DNA of 64,000 nt from Thermoanaerobaculia bacterium (GTDB taxonomy: Bacteria > Acidobacteriota > Thermoanaerobaculia > Multivoradales > UBA5704). The translations under genes were made by a program, and so were the position numbers. Below are positions 37,246 through 48,690 of the stretch, piece by piece. The first letter of the stretch is position 1. Every line of letters begins with the position of its first letter. The stretch lies in assembly GCA_044226625.1 (NCBI GenBank), contig JBGAGQ010000020.1, forward strand, positions 31,899 through 95,898, given 5' to 3'. A model generated the notes under the pieces. It had not been told where the DNA came from. It searched no databases and saw only the letters and a list, made by a program, of their open reading frames with translations.

Positions 37246-38916
37246 TCATTTCGGCGGGTTGACCTCCACCTGCGCCGCGAGCATTCGGCCGCTCGCCGGA
37301 TCGAAGATCGACAGCACGAGCTTCTGGCGGATCTTGCGCAGCTTGAGCGTCGTGTCGTAGCGCATGAACCCTCCCGGCGTCGGGGCGTTCGGGGTCGAAA
37401 CCACGAGCGGCGTCACGGGGACGTCCGAGCGGTATCCCTTCTCGTCCACGGCCGCGGCGCGCAGCTCCAACTGGGCCTTGTACTTCCCCTCGATCGGCAG
37501 GAGCGTGATCGCGTCGACCGGCACGGCGACCGTGATCGGTACGGCGATCTCGCGCTTGCCGGCGGGTTTCACGGCGCCGAGCTGCACGGGCATACTCTCG
37601 CTCCCCGGCGGGTTGCCGAAGAACAGCGCGCTCTCCACCATCAGGGAGACCTCGGTCGACTTCGACAGGTCCTTGAAGGAGTCGCGGAATCGGACCTTCA
37701 GCCCCGGCCTCACGGTCTCCACTTTGATCCGATGCCGAATGTCGTCCCCCTGGCGGGTCGGGGTGAAGCCGAGCCAGTAGAACGACCGGGTGTCGGTGGT
37801 CGTCCTTTCCATCGCCTTGAGGGCGTTGCCGTTGAGCAAAGCCGTGCCGCCGGTCTGGCGGGCGATGAAGTCGAGCGAGTCGTGCAGCTGGTTTTCGCGC
37901 AGGTTGAGCGCGCTGGTCGCGGGAGCCGGGCCCTCCTGGCTCGCGTCCGTGACGCTCCCCTCGAGGCCAGGGACGTCGACCGGATAGACGGTGTAGCCGA
38001 GCAGGTTCGCGGTATCCGAGAGGGAACCGAACAGCTTCTCCCCTTCCGGCACGTCGCGTTCGGAAACCGGCCGGTTCGGGTCGTTGATCGCGTAGTCCGC
38101 GGGCGCGTACGGCCAGCCTCCAGACAGCAGCAGCATGACTTTGCGTCCCGGCGGCGAGGCGAAGCCGCGCAGCGTCGTCACCGCGGCGGAGACCGAGCGC
38201 TCGACCTGGCTCGCGAGCCCCTGGGCGAACTGGAGCTCGTCGATCTCCAGGCGGGAGTTCAACCGGTTCTCCCGGTCGCCGAAGAAGCCGCTCACCTGGC
38301 GACGCGTGTTCTCGAAGCTTCGAAGCTCTGCCACCCGCTCGAGGCCGTGGGCGCGGCGCACGAGCGCCTGGTCGAACGCGCGCGACAGCGCGTTGGCGGA
38401 GGTCGACCAGGTCGAGAGCATGTCGACCGTCTTGCCGTCGAACGCGACGATCGCCATCCGGTCCTGCGGTCCGAGCCGAGACAAGTTGTCTTTGAGCGAG
38501 CGGATCACCTTGTCGCGCTGGGCGGCGACCGAAAAGAAGTCGTCGATGAACACGAGATAGCTGGTGCCGACGTCGCTGCCCGGAGAGATCCCGGCGAGGC
38601 CCGGCACCGGTGCGGCGACGGCCGCCGTATCCACCGTGCCGGCGGCGATCGCCTGTCCGCCGCGGATCTCGGTGAAGTACTCGATCGGCACGGTCTTGCC
38701 GTCGACCTTGAGGAGGAAATCGCTCGACTTCAAATCGGGCACGCGGTTGCCTTGCTTGTCGGTCACCACGACCTCGACGTTGACCACGCGGACCTCGATC
38801 AGCTCGCCGAACACCGCGGGCTCCGCCCCTCGGGGGGCCTGGGCTAGGGCCGCGGGGGCGGAAGGGAGGATTAGAGCCGCCAGGGCCGCGAACGAAAGCT
38901 TGGAGAGGTGGTGCAT
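37246..38916 (-). CDS. Secreted VWA-domain protein (acidobacterial VWFA-related type), paralog of 35409..37118
   Basis: VVNVEVVVTDKQGNRVPDL, PGRKVMLLLSGG, ARQTGG, FYWLGFTP. Confidence 0.88.
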   Translation of the reverse strand: MHHLSKLSFAALAALILPSAPAALAQAPRGAEPAVFGELIEVRVVNVEVVVTDKQGNRVPDLKSSDFLLKVDGKTVPIEYFTEIRGGQAIAAGTVDTAAVAAPVPGLAGISPGSDVGTSYLVFIDDFFSVAAQRDKVIRSLKDNLSRLGPQDRMAIVAFDGKTVDMLSTWSTSANALSRAFDQALVRRAHGLERVAELRSFENTRRQVSGFFGDRENRLNSRLEIDELQFAQGLASQVERSVSAAVTTLRGFASPPGRKVMLLLSGGWPYAPADYAINDPNRPVSERDVPEGEKLFGSLSDTANLLGYTVYPVDVPGLEGSVTDASQEGPAPATSALNLRENQLHDSLDFIARQTGGTALLNGNALKAMERTTTDTRSFYWLGFTPTRQGDDIRHRIKVETVRPGLKVRFRDSFKDLSKSTEVSLMVESALFFGNPPGSESMPVQLGAVKPAGKREIAVPITVAVPVDAITLLPIEGKYKAQLELRAAAVDEKGYRSDVPVTPLVVSTPNAPTPGGFMRYDTTLKLRKIRQKLVLSIFDPASGRMLAAQVEVNPPK

Positions 38917-39142
38917 ACCCTTGAATTCCTTTTGGATCTACCGACCGCGATCTGGTCCTACGATCGGTCAATGATGCCGGTCGAGCTACCGGTGGGCAGA
39001 TTGCCCCGGGGAGCCGCGATTCGCAACCCCTCCTCGACGCAAGAAGCGTACCCGCAAATACCTTCGCCCGCCCAGGGCTTTCAGCCGTTCCTCCGGGCGG
39101 TCCGTCCCCCGGCGGGGACATGTCGCCCGCGGGCGGGGTCGC

Positions 39143-40249
39143 TCAGGGTTTCGCTGTCCCGGCAGACGCCAGGGCGGACGAGGCGGCGGCCCGATCCCGG
39201 GACGAGGCGAGCCGATGGCCGACGATCCGCCCCCCGTGATCTCGAGAATTCTCGATGAAGATCCGATCGGTCGCTCGCCCGGCCTGGATCGTCCCGGCGA
39301 CATAGATCCCCGGAACGTTCGATTCGCAAGTGGCGGGATCGAACGTTGGGGCCAACGTTTCGGGGTGGATCTCGACGCCCGCGCGCGCCAGGAGATCCAT
39401 CTCCGGCCGATAACCGACCAGAACGTACACCGCGTCAGCTGGAAGGGTCCGCCGCGACTCGCCGCTCTCGTCGCCCACCTTCGCAATCTCCACCTCACCG
39501 GGACGGATGGCGCGGATCACGGACTCGAAATGCGCGGGGATCGAGCCCTCGGCGATCCGGTTCTCGATGTCCGGCTTGAGCCAGTACTTGACCCCCGGCT
39601 TGGTCGCCGCCCGGCGATGGACGAGAGAGACGCCCGCACCGTAGCGCCAGAGGTCGAGGGCCGCCTCGACCGCCGTATTGCCGCCGCCCACGATCACCAC
39701 GTCCTCACCGTAGTGGAGATAGGCCTCGAGATAGCGGTCGTGGACGTGCGGAAGGTCTTCCCCGGGAACGCCCAAACGGTTCGGATTCCCGAAGTAGCCG
39801 GTCGCGAACGCGACCGCGCGCGCGCGACGGACCCGAGGCTCCCCGATGCGCGGCAGCGCGGGCGAGCAGACCACGCGAAAACCGCCCCCCGGCTCGGCGG
39901 CGACCTCGGTCACCTCCTCGTGCAGGACGAACGGAATGCCGTGGTGCTCGACCACGAATCGGTAATAAGCGAGAGCCTGGCGCCGGGTCGGTTTGGCTTC
40001 CGGGATCGAAAACGGAACTCCGGCGATCTCCAGGCGGTCCCGGGTGGTGAAGAACTCCATGAACGTCGGATAGCCCTGGATCGCCGCGGTGAGCCCTCCG
40101 CGGTCGACCAGCAATACCGAGAGGCCCGCGCGACGCGCCTCCGCGCCGATCGAGATGCCGGTCGGTCCGGCCCCGACCACGAGCAGGTCGAGCGCGCCGT
40201 CGTCTCCGTTCGATCCGTTCGCGTCCTGATTTCCTGCGGAGATCGTCAA
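39143..40249 (-). CDS. ypdA: YpdA-family bacillithiol disulfide reductase-like oxidoreductase
   Basis: GAGPTG, YPTFMEFF, KPTRRQALAYY, GGGNTA, VKYWLKPDIENRI, IFIENSR. No CxxC. Confidence 0.85.
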   Translation of the reverse strand: MTISAGNQDANGSNGDDGALDLLVVGAGPTGISIGAEARRAGLSVLLVDRGGLTAAIQGYPTFMEFFTTRDRLEIAGVPFSIPEAKPTRRQALAYYRFVVEHHGIPFVLHEEVTEVAAEPGGGFRVVCSPALPRIGEPRVRRARAVAFATGYFGNPNRLGVPGEDLPHVHDRYLEAYLHYGEDVVIVGGGNTAVEAALDLWRYGAGVSLVHRRAATKPGVKYWLKPDIENRIAEGSIPAHFESVIRAIRPGEVEIAKVGDESGESRRTLPADAVYVLVGYRPEMDLLARAGVEIHPETLAPTFDPATCESNVPGIYVAGTIQAGRATDRIFIENSRDHGGRIVGHRLASSRDRAAASSALASAGTAKP

Positions 40250-41076
40250 GCGAATCCCTCCCCTCGGGCGATGCGGTAGAGATGGTCGACCGGACCGGCG
40301 CCTGCCCCCAGGGGATAGGCCGCGCGGATCGCCCCGTGCAGGTAGTCGATCGCGCCGTTCACCGCCTCGGCGAGCGCTTCGCCGCGAGCGAGCCGCGCGG
40401 CGATCGCCGAAGAGAGCGTGCAGCCCGTCCCGTGCGTCGATCGGGTGGCCACCCGGGCGTGGACGAACCGGAAAACCTCCTCCCGGGTCCAGAGCAGGTC
40501 GACCAGATCGCCCTCCGGCTCCTCCATCAACGCGTGACCTCCCTTGGCGAGAACCGCCGGGCCGATCCCCCCTATTTCTGCCGCCGCCGCCAGCCGCTCG
40601 CTCTCGCCGTCGACCGGCAAGCCGGAAAGCTCCGCGAGCTCGGGAAGGTTCGGCGTCACGAGTGTTGCCAGAGGCAGAAGCTCCTCGCGGAGGGCGGCGA
40701 CCGCCTCTTCGGCGAGCAGCCGCGCGCCGCTTTTCGCCACCATGACCGGGTCGAGGACGACCGGCAGCCCCGGCCGCGCGTGGACCCGCAGCCGGTCGGC
40801 CACCGTGCGGACCAGCTCGGGGGTGGCGAGCATTCCGATCTTCACCCCGTCGACCCCAAGGTCTTCGAACACGACGTCGATCTGTTGGGCGACGAATTCG
40901 GCCGCCGCGCCGTGAACCGAGCGCACTTCACGCGTGTTCTGGGCGGTGAGCGCCACGATCGCGCTCATGCCGAACGCGCCATGGGCCGCGAACGTCTTCA
41001 GATCGGCCTGGACGCCCGCTCCCCCGCCGGAGTCGGAGCCCGCGATAGTGAGCAGTCGCGGGGGGACCGCCTCCAC
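40246..41076 (-). CDS. thiD: Hydroxymethylpyrimidine/phosphomethylpyrimidine kinase
   Basis: [49 protein letters not shown] at 41076 with GGAGG RBS. Confidence 0.95.
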   Translation of the reverse strand: MEAVPPRLLTIAGSDSGGGAGVQADLKTFAAHGAFGMSAIVALTAQNTREVRSVHGAAAEFVAQQIDVVFEDLGVDGVKIGMLATPELVRTVADRLRVHARPGLPVVLDPVMVAKSGARLLAEEAVAALREELLPLATLVTPNLPELAELSGLPVDGESERLAAAAEIGGIGPAVLAKGGHALMEEPEGDLVDLLWTREEVFRFVHARVATRSTHGTGCTLSSAIAARLARGEALAEAVNGAIDYLHGAIRAAYPLGAGAGPVDHLYRIARGEGFA

Positions 41077-41102
41077 CGCCGTCGACCTCCCGCGCTCCGC
41101 CG

Positions 41103-41945
41103 TCAAGCCGCGCGGCGCGCCGAGGCCGGCACGGGGCGAGCGGCCGGTCGACGCGTCCAAAAGATGGCGAGGAGGGCCAGGATCGCGAGGCTCAAGCCCT
41201 GGGCGACGGTGAGCGAGCCGAGGAATCGGTCGTCTTTGGCGCGCAGGAATTCGATGCCGAAGCGTTCGAGCGCGAGCAGGGAGAGGACGATCACAGAGAC
41301 CGTGCCCGGGCGGATCGATCCGCGCGACGCGGCCCGGCGCAGGAGCCAGAAGCCGACCGCCCAGATGCCGATGCCGAGGACGGTCTCGTAGAGCTGGGTC
41401 GGATGGACCGGCACCAGTTGGGCATCGGGCACCGTGTCGGGCACCCGATAATGGAAGATCTCGCGCAGATTTCCCGCCGTGGTCTCGGGCAGGCCGTGAG
41501 GGAAGATCACGCCGAACGGACCGTCGGTCGGCCGCCCGTAGTCGTCGCCGACCAGGAAGCAACCGATCCGGCCGATGCCGTAGCCGAGCGCGAGACCCGG
41601 CATCGCCGCGTCGGCCGTCTGCCAGGCGGGCAGTTTCCGCTTCCGGAGGGTCCAGATGACCGCCACCGCGCCAAGAAAGAAACCGCCGTACCAGACCAGA
41701 CCGGAGCGGTCGAGCAGCAGGTGCCAGTCGCCGTAGAGGATCGCGTAGTAGACCTTCGATCCGACGATGCCGCCGACGCCGGCCGCGAACACCAGGGCGC
41801 TCGCGTCCTCGTCGTCACCTACCCCCTGATGGATCAACCCCCAGCGCAGCTGCAGATAGCTCGCGACGAACGCCGCGACGAGCATCACTCCGAACGGGCT
41901 GATCGGAATCCCAAAATAGGGAATCTTGAATAACTCCTGAATCAT
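41103..41945 (-). CDS. lgt: Prolipoprotein diacylglyceryl transferase
   Basis: [36 protein letters not shown]. Confidence 0.92.
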   Translation of the reverse strand: MIQELFKIPYFGIPISPFGVMLVAAFVASYLQLRWGLIHQGVGDDEDASALVFAAGVGGIVGSKVYYAILYGDWHLLLDRSGLVWYGGFFLGAVAVIWTLRKRKLPAWQTADAAMPGLALGYGIGRIGCFLVGDDYGRPTDGPFGVIFPHGLPETTAGNLREIFHYRVPDTVPDAQLVPVHPTQLYETVLGIGIWAVGFWLLRRAASRGSIRPGTVSVIVLSLLALERFGIEFLRAKDDRFLGSLTVAQGLSLAILALLAIFWTRRPAARPVPASARRAA

Positions 41946-42007
41946 GCGGAAGCTCCCCGAACCGGCGCATCGTACCAGGCCGGCCGGTCAACCCGGGGAA
42001 CGCCCCT

Positions 42008-44626
42008 TCAGACCTCTTCGGAGAGGACGTCGTCGATCTCTTCGAAGTAGCTAGGGGGCACCAGGATCTCGCGCGCCTTGCTCCCCTGCGAGGCTCCGAG
42101 CAGACCGTCGCGCTCCATCATGTCGATCAGGCGCCCGGCCCTGGAGAAGCCGATCCGCATCCGCCGCTGGAGGAAGCTCGCGGAGGCTTGCCGTTCGCGG
42201 ACGACCAGCCGAGCCGCCTCCTCGTAGAGACTGTCGTCGCCGTCGTCGTCCAGACCCTCGCCGCCCGCTCCTCCCCCTCCGCCTTCGCGGTCGCGAAGCA
42301 CGTCGGGGTCGAGGTCGGGTTTGCCCTGCTTCTTGAGCCAGCGGATCAGCCCCGCGGTTTCCTGCTCCGAGACGTAGGCGCCGTGCAGGCGGACGATGCG
42401 CGAGCTGCCCGGAGGCATGAACAGCATGTCGCCCTTGCCGAGCAGCTTTTCCGAGCCGACCTGGTCGAGGATGGTCCGGGAGTCGTGACGCGACGGCGTC
42501 GCGTACGCGATTCGACAGGGGAAATTCGCCTTGATCGTGCCGGTGAGGACGTCGACCGACGGCCGCTGCGTGGCGACGATCAAGTGGATGCCCACGGCGC
42601 GTGCCATCTGTGCCAGGCGTGCGATGGAGGTCTCGACGTCGCTCGAAGCGACCATCATCAGGTCGGCGAGCTCGTCGATGATCACCACGTAGTAGGGCAA
42701 CGGTTTGAAGTCGCCCGCGCTGAACGCGTCGCCGGCCTCGTCGGAGAGCGCGAGCCGCTCGCGCACCTCCGGATCGGCGAGCGCCCGGTTGTAGAAGGCG
42801 ATCGACCGGACGTGGACCTCGGCGAGCAGACGGTAGCGCCGCTCCATCTCGGCCACGGCCCAGCGGAGGGCGTTCGCCGCCTTCTTCGGGTCGACCACGA
42901 CCTCGGTCTTCAAGTGCGGGATGTCGGCGTAGACCCCCAGCTCGATCCGCTTCGGATCGATGAAGATGAACTGCACCTCGTCGCGCCGCGCCTTGTAAAG
43001 GATCGAGGTGATCATGCTCTGGAGGCCGACCGACTTGCCGGCGCCGGTGGCGCCCGCCACGAGCAGGTGGGGCATCGTCGCGAGATCGGCGAAATAGGGC
43101 TCGCCGTAGATGTCGGTACCGAGCGCGACGGTAAGCACCGAGGGGAATTTCTTGAAGCGCTCGTCCGAGAGCAGGGTGCCGAGGCGGATCACGCGGCGAT
43201 CGCGGTTCGGGATCTCGATGCCCAGCGTCGAACGGCCGGCCATCCGGTCGATGCGCACCGACTCGGCCTTCATCGCGAGAGCGAGGTCGTCCTGCAGGTT
43301 GACCACCTGGCTCACCTTGACGCCCGGGGCCGGCTGCAGCTCGAACACCGTGATCACCGGTCCGGGGCTGATTCCCTCAATCGTCCCTTCGACGCCGAAC
43401 TCGCCGCAGCGCGTGCGGATCGCCTCTCCGAGGCGCACCAGCTCCGTCTCGTCGACCCGGTTTCGATGGTCCTCGATCTGAAGCAGGTTGACCGGCGGCA
43501 GCTCGGAGGTCGCGGCCTCGGCCGGGAACGGCAGCGAAGGCTGCGGAGCGCCGCTCGGCCCCGCGCTGGGAGCGGCCGAGGAGCGCCGGAGGGGCATCGC
43601 GGGCGAGAGCGCCACGGCGGAGACGGGTCCCGTCCGCACCGGCGGGGGCAGCGCGGCGACGCGGGCGGCGGGGGCGGAAGCCGCCGGCCGGCGCTCGGGC
43701 TCTTCCTCGCGCTCCATCGGGTCGAAAGCGGGCGGCGAATCCGGGCGCACGCGGCGGAAGGAGAACTCGTGGGCGCCGCTCCGCTCGGTCACCCGCAACG
43801 GCAGGTCGAGACGAGGCTCGAGCGCGCCGGCCGCGGCCGGCTCGGGTCCAGGCGCCGCGGAGGAGTCGGCGGCGGGCCGGCGGACGACCGAGACGCGCCC
43901 CTTGTCCTGCTCTTGCGCCTGCCTCCGCTCCTCGACCACGCGCTGGAGGTGTTTGGTCACCACCCGTTGCCGCGCCCGCTCCTTACCGCGCCTCTCCCGC
44001 TTTCGCTCGCGCGCGAGCGCCTGTTCCTCCATCCGGTGCGCGAGGCGCGCGCGCCAGGAGGCCAACAGATCGCCCAGCGTGGATTGGACCGCCAGGGCGG
44101 CACCGATCACCACGGCGAAGCCGAGCACCAACGCGGAGCCGGTGAAGCTCAAACGCGCGTCGAGAAAAGCGGTCAGAAGATGACCAAACGCGCCGCCGGC
44201 CTGGACCGACCCGCCACGCGGCCACGCCATGTCACCCAGGCAGAGGTCGAGCAGGCCGGGCAGCGCGATGAGCAGGAGCACCGTGCCGATGCCGCGGCCG
44301 ACCACCCGTTCCGTCGCCTGCCGGCGCAGCCGCCGGATCCCGGAGACCAACAGGAGGCACGGGATCGCGAGGCACGAGACGCCGAAGAAACCGAAACCGA
44401 CCGCCGAGGCGTGCGCGCCGACCGGACCGATCAGATTGCGCGCCCGCACCTGGGAGGAGACGGCGCGGTGCAGCACGCTCGGATCGCGAGGATCGAAGCT
44501 CGCGAACGAAATCGCGGTGAACAGGGCGGACGCGAGCAGGACCAGACCGAGGAGCTCTCGCCCCTTCTCTTCCGACAGGGTCGGCCGTTCGGTGCGCTCG
44601 GCGCTCTTGGCGAGGGCTACGGACAA
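42008..44626 (-). CDS. ftsK: DNA translocase FtsK
   Basis: N-terminal TM domain, MPHLLVAGATGAGKSV, IDELADLMM, ATQRPSVDV, gamma domain ASFLQRRMRIGFSRA. Confidence 0.96.
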   Translation of the reverse strand: MSVALAKSAERTERPTLSEEKGRELLGLVLLASALFTAISFASFDPRDPSVLHRAVSSQVRARNLIGPVGAHASAVGFGFFGVSCLAIPCLLLVSGIRRLRRQATERVVGRGIGTVLLLIALPGLLDLCLGDMAWPRGGSVQAGGAFGHLLTAFLDARLSFTGSALVLGFAVVIGAALAVQSTLGDLLASWRARLAHRMEEQALARERKRERRGKERARQRVVTKHLQRVVEERRQAQEQDKGRVSVVRRPAADSSAAPGPEPAAAGALEPRLDLPLRVTERSGAHEFSFRRVRPDSPPAFDPMEREEEPERRPAASAPAARVAALPPPVRTGPVSAVALSPAMPLRRSSAAPSAGPSGAPQPSLPFPAEAATSELPPVNLLQIEDHRNRVDETELVRLGEAIRTRCGEFGVEGTIEGISPGPVITVFELQPAPGVKVSQVVNLQDDLALAMKAESVRIDRMAGRSTLGIEIPNRDRRVIRLGTLLSDERFKKFPSVLTVALGTDIYGEPYFADLATMPHLLVAGATGAGKSVGLQSMITSILYKARRDEVQFIFIDPKRIELGVYADIPHLKTEVVVDPKKAANALRWAVAEMERRYRLLAEVHVRSIAFYNRALADPEVRERLALSDEAGDAFSAGDFKPLPYYVVIIDELADLMMVASSDVETSIARLAQMARAVGIHLIVATQRPSVDVLTGTIKANFPCRIAYATPSRHDSRTILDQVGSEKLLGKGDMLFMPPGSSRIVRLHGAYVSEQETAGLIRWLKKQGKPDLDPDVLRDREGGGGGAGGEGLDDDGDDSLYEEAARLVVRERQASASFLQRRMRIGFSRAGRLIDMMERDGLLGASQGSKAREILVPPSYFEEIDDVLSEEV

Positions 44627-44676
44627 GGAAAGTTCTCTCGAAAGGATCTCAGGGGTTCGGTGTTAAATACCGACAA

Positions 44677-44685
44677 ATTCTAGCA
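44677..44685 (-). promoter_or_regulatory. Extended -10 promoter for ftsK
   Basis: Minus strand TGcTAGAAT in an AT-rich intergenic stretch. Confidence 0.55.
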
Positions 44686-44690
44686 TTGAT

Positions 44691-45512
44691 CTACGTTTCG
44701 ACCGAGGCTCGATAGATTTCCAGAAAGTCGGCGAGCCCGAGGGTTTCGGCGCGCGCGTTCGGCGGGTGTCCGACGCGGTCGAGAACCGCCGCCGCGCGCT
44801 CCCGGCCCCACCCCGACCCCAGAGCGTTCTTGAGCGTCTTGCGCCGTTGGCTGAAGGCGAGCCGGACGAAAGCGATGAAATCGGGCATTTCGGCCGCGGG
44901 AAGCGGCGGGGGGCGGCGTTCGAGGCCGACGAAACCTCCGTCCACCTTCGGCGGCGGTCGGAAGCTTCCCCGTTTGACCTGTCCGAGGAAATGCGCCTCG
45001 GAATAGGCCGCGACCAGCACGCTCAACGAGCCGTAGGCCTCGTCGCCGGGGCCCGCCACGAGCCGCTCTGCGACCTCGTACTGGACCAAAACGGCGACGC
45101 GCGGCACGGCGGAGGCGCGGGTGAGGATCCTCTCGATCAACGGCGTCGCGACGTTGTAGGGGAGATTGCCCGCGACCGCGGTCGGTGCCGCCAGACGCTC
45201 CCAGGGGATCTCGAGGGCATCCCCGAGGGCGATGGCGGGAGCGGCGGGGCGATTGCTGCGATCGGAGCCTTCGGGACCACCCGCGAACCGCGCCCGGAGC
45301 GCAAAGGCCCAATCCGGGTCGACCTCCCAGGCGAGCACCCGGGCGCCCGCGCGCACCAGCTCGGCGGTCAACACCCCCCCGCCCGGACCGATCTCGAGAA
45401 CGCGCAGGCCGGCGACAGGCTGGAGGAATTCGATCAGGGGGCGGCAGAGCGATCCGTCGATCAGGTGGTGTTGGCCCAGTGCCTTCTTGAGGAGGGGGCC
45501 GCGCGGGGACAT
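44691..45512 (-). CDS. rsmA: 16S rRNA A1518/A1519 dimethyltransferase RsmA (KsgA)
   Basis: KKALGQHHL, LEIGPGGG, GNLPYN, FRPPPKVD, FSQRRKTL. Confidence 0.95.
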   Translation of the reverse strand: MSPRGPLLKKALGQHHLIDGSLCRPLIEFLQPVAGLRVLEIGPGGGVLTAELVRAGARVLAWEVDPDWAFALRARFAGGPEGSDRSNRPAAPAIALGDALEIPWERLAAPTAVAGNLPYNVATPLIERILTRASAVPRVAVLVQYEVAERLVAGPGDEAYGSLSVLVAAYSEAHFLGQVKRGSFRPPPKVDGGFVGLERRPPPLPAAEMPDFIAFVRLAFSQRRKTLKNALGSGWGRERAAAVLDRVGHPPNARAETLGLADFLEIYRASVET

Positions 45513-45663
45513 GGCCGGAAGGTATCACCCCGAAGGCTCGAGGATCCGGCCAATCTGGCACCCGGTGCCCGGTATCTCGTCCCCGCGCCCACGGCGTCGG
45601 GTTCCCGGAGGCCCCCTTGGGGGGCCCTTCGATGGCATTTCGATTGCACCAGCGCGGATCGCC

Positions 45664-46665
<1,002 letters not shown>

Positions 46666-46720
46666 GCAAGGGAGGTCTCGCTTGCTCGGTCCGAAGTCCG
46701 GCTCCTGGATCTCTCGGTTG

Positions 46721-47650
46721 ATGTCGCGACCGGTCGCGTCGGCGCCGACGCTCACGAAGGCTCGCACCCATCAGCCGGAGCTGCCGGCCGATCTCATGCG
46801 CAAGGTGCGGCGGATCGAGATCGCCACGGATCGCCTGGTCGACCAAGGGATCGCCGGCGATTTCCATTCGGTCTTCAAGGGGCGCGGCATGGAGTTCTCG
46901 GAGGTCCGCCCCTACCAACCGGGCGACGACGTCCGCTCAATCGACTGGAACGTCACGGCCCGGATGGGCGCGCCGTTCGTCAAGCAGTTCGTCGAGGAGC
47001 GCGACCTTTCGGTGTTCCTCGCGATCGACGTGTCGGGAAGCCTCGGCGTCGGATCGCGCGCGATCCTCAAACGAGAGCTCGCAGCGGAGGTCGCCGCGCT
47101 GCTCAGCTTCGCGGCCCTGCGCAATCACGACCGCGTCGGAGCGGCCCTCCTTTCGGGCCGGCTCGAGCTCTACCTCAAGCCGGCCCGTCGCCGGGCCCAG
47201 GTGCTCCGGATAGTGCGCGAGGTGCTCGATCGCCCCGCGCACGGCGCCACGGATCTCGAAAAGGGGCTCGCCGCAACGCTCGCCAACCTGAAGCGACGCT
47301 CGGTCCTGTTTCTGATCTCCGACTTCGTCGCCGCTGCCTGCCCGAGGGCGCTCAAGGCCGCTGCCCTGCTCCACGACCTGGTGGTGATCGAGATCGTCGA
47401 GCCGCGCGATCTCGAACCTCCGACCGCGGGCCCCGTCGTTCTGGTCGACGCCGAGACCGGTCGCGTGGCTCTCGGAGGCGGCGCCCGGTTCGCCCGCGCG
47501 GAGCGGGAACGGCGGACGCGTGAGCGCGCCGACCTCGCGCGGTTGATCGCGAAAATCGGCGCCGACCACCTCGTGCTCCGGACCGACCGGCCGTATCTCG
47601 CGCCCCTGGTCGCCTTCTTCGAGGCGCGCAAGAAGAGGCTCCGGCGATGA
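46721..47650 (+). CDS. DUF58 domain protein
   Basis: GMEFSEVRPYQPGDDVRSIDWNVTAR, DVSGS, ISDF. Start uncertain. Confidence 0.92.
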   Translation: MSRPVASAPTLTKARTHQPELPADLMRKVRRIEIATDRLVDQGIAGDFHSVFKGRGMEFSEVRPYQPGDDVRSIDWNVTARMGAPFVKQFVEERDLSVFLAIDVSGSLGVGSRAILKRELAAEVAALLSFAALRNHDRVGAALLSGRLELYLKPARRRAQVLRIVREVLDRPAHGATDLEKGLAATLANLKRRSVLFLISDFVAAACPRALKAAALLHDLVVIEIVEPRDLEPPTAGPVVLVDAETGRVALGGGARFARAERERRTRERADLARLIAKIGADHLVLRTDRPYLAPLVAFFEARKKRLRR

Positions 47651-48690
47651 GGCTCCTTCCGGCGCTCGCGTTGATCGCCGCCTTAGGCCCCGGCGCCCGC
47701 GCGTTGGGAGCGGCGGCACCTCTCGCCGCGCCCACCCTTTCGGTCGACCTCGCGCTCCCCGACGCGAGGCCGCTCACCGTCGGCGACCACGCGGTGGTGA
47801 CGATCGAGGTCGCCTCCTCCGGTGCGGTCGCACCGAGATTCCCCGCCTGGGCGAAAAGCTGGGGCGAGGCCGAGGTGGTGAGCGCGACGCCGGTTGAGCG
47901 CGCTGCCGGACCCGGCGGCGCGACCCTCTGGCGGCAGAAGATCACGGTCGCCGCGTTCAAGCTGGGCCGGGTGCCGCTGCCGCCGGTCGCGGTGACGGTT
48001 CCGGACGGGGATGCCGGCAGGGGCCGCCGGCTCCAAACGCCCCAAGGGCTCGCCCTCACTGTCGGCTCGGTCATCGCGGGAGATCCGCGCAAAGCGCAAC
48101 CCGAACCGCCGGCGATGCCCCGTTCCCTCCCGTGGGGAAAGCGTTTCTGGTGGACGTTCTCGGCGATGGCCGCGCTCGCCGCCGCGCTCGGCGCTTGGGT
48201 TTTCGCCCGAAAGCGCGCGGCCCTCGCCGCCGCCGCGGTTCTGCCCCCCCTCGAAGAGCTGGAGCGCGAGCTGGCGCGGATCGCGGCGGAGATCGAAAAG
48301 GGATCGGGGCTCGAGACGGCCGGGCGCACGGCCGCGGCGCTTTCGGGCGCTCTGCGCCGGTATCTGGGACGGTCGCTCGGCTTTCCCGCCCTCGAAAGCA
48401 CGACGACCGAGATCCAGCGCCGGTTGCGCATCCGGCAGGCTCCGGACGGGGTCGCGCGCTCGAGCGTGGAGCTCCTGCGCGGGCTCGATCGCGTGAAGTT
48501 TTCGCCGCGGCGCCGAGGGGATCGCTCGGAGACCGCCGAGAAGGCCTATTTCACCGGAGCGATCGACGCAGCGCGCTCGATCGCCGGCGACCTCGAGCGG
48601 CATCTCCATCCCGTACCGGTCGTAACGGATCCGCCGGGCGCGCAACCGACCGAGCCTCTCGCTCCGAGGCGGGCGGGGGCCCTCCGATGA
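47647..48690 (+). CDS. Bat-operon membrane-anchored protein (DUF4381/BatD-like)
   Basis: Signal peptide, TVGD beta domain, TM helix, LRRYL...ALESTTTE...DRVKF. Operon position. Confidence 0.78.
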   Translation: MRLLPALALIAALGPGARALGAAAPLAAPTLSVDLALPDARPLTVGDHAVVTIEVASSGAVAPRFPAWAKSWGEAEVVSATPVERAAGPGGATLWRQKITVAAFKLGRVPLPPVAVTVPDGDAGRGRRLQTPQGLALTVGSVIAGDPRKAQPEPPAMPRSLPWGKRFWWTFSAMAALAAALGAWVFARKRAALAAAAVLPPLEELERELARIAAEIEKGSGLETAGRTAAALSGALRRYLGRSLGFPALESTTTEIQRRLRIRQAPDGVARSSVELLRGLDRVKFSPRRRGDRSETAEKAYFTGAIDAARSIAGDLERHLHPVPVVTDPPGAQPTEPLAPRRAGALR

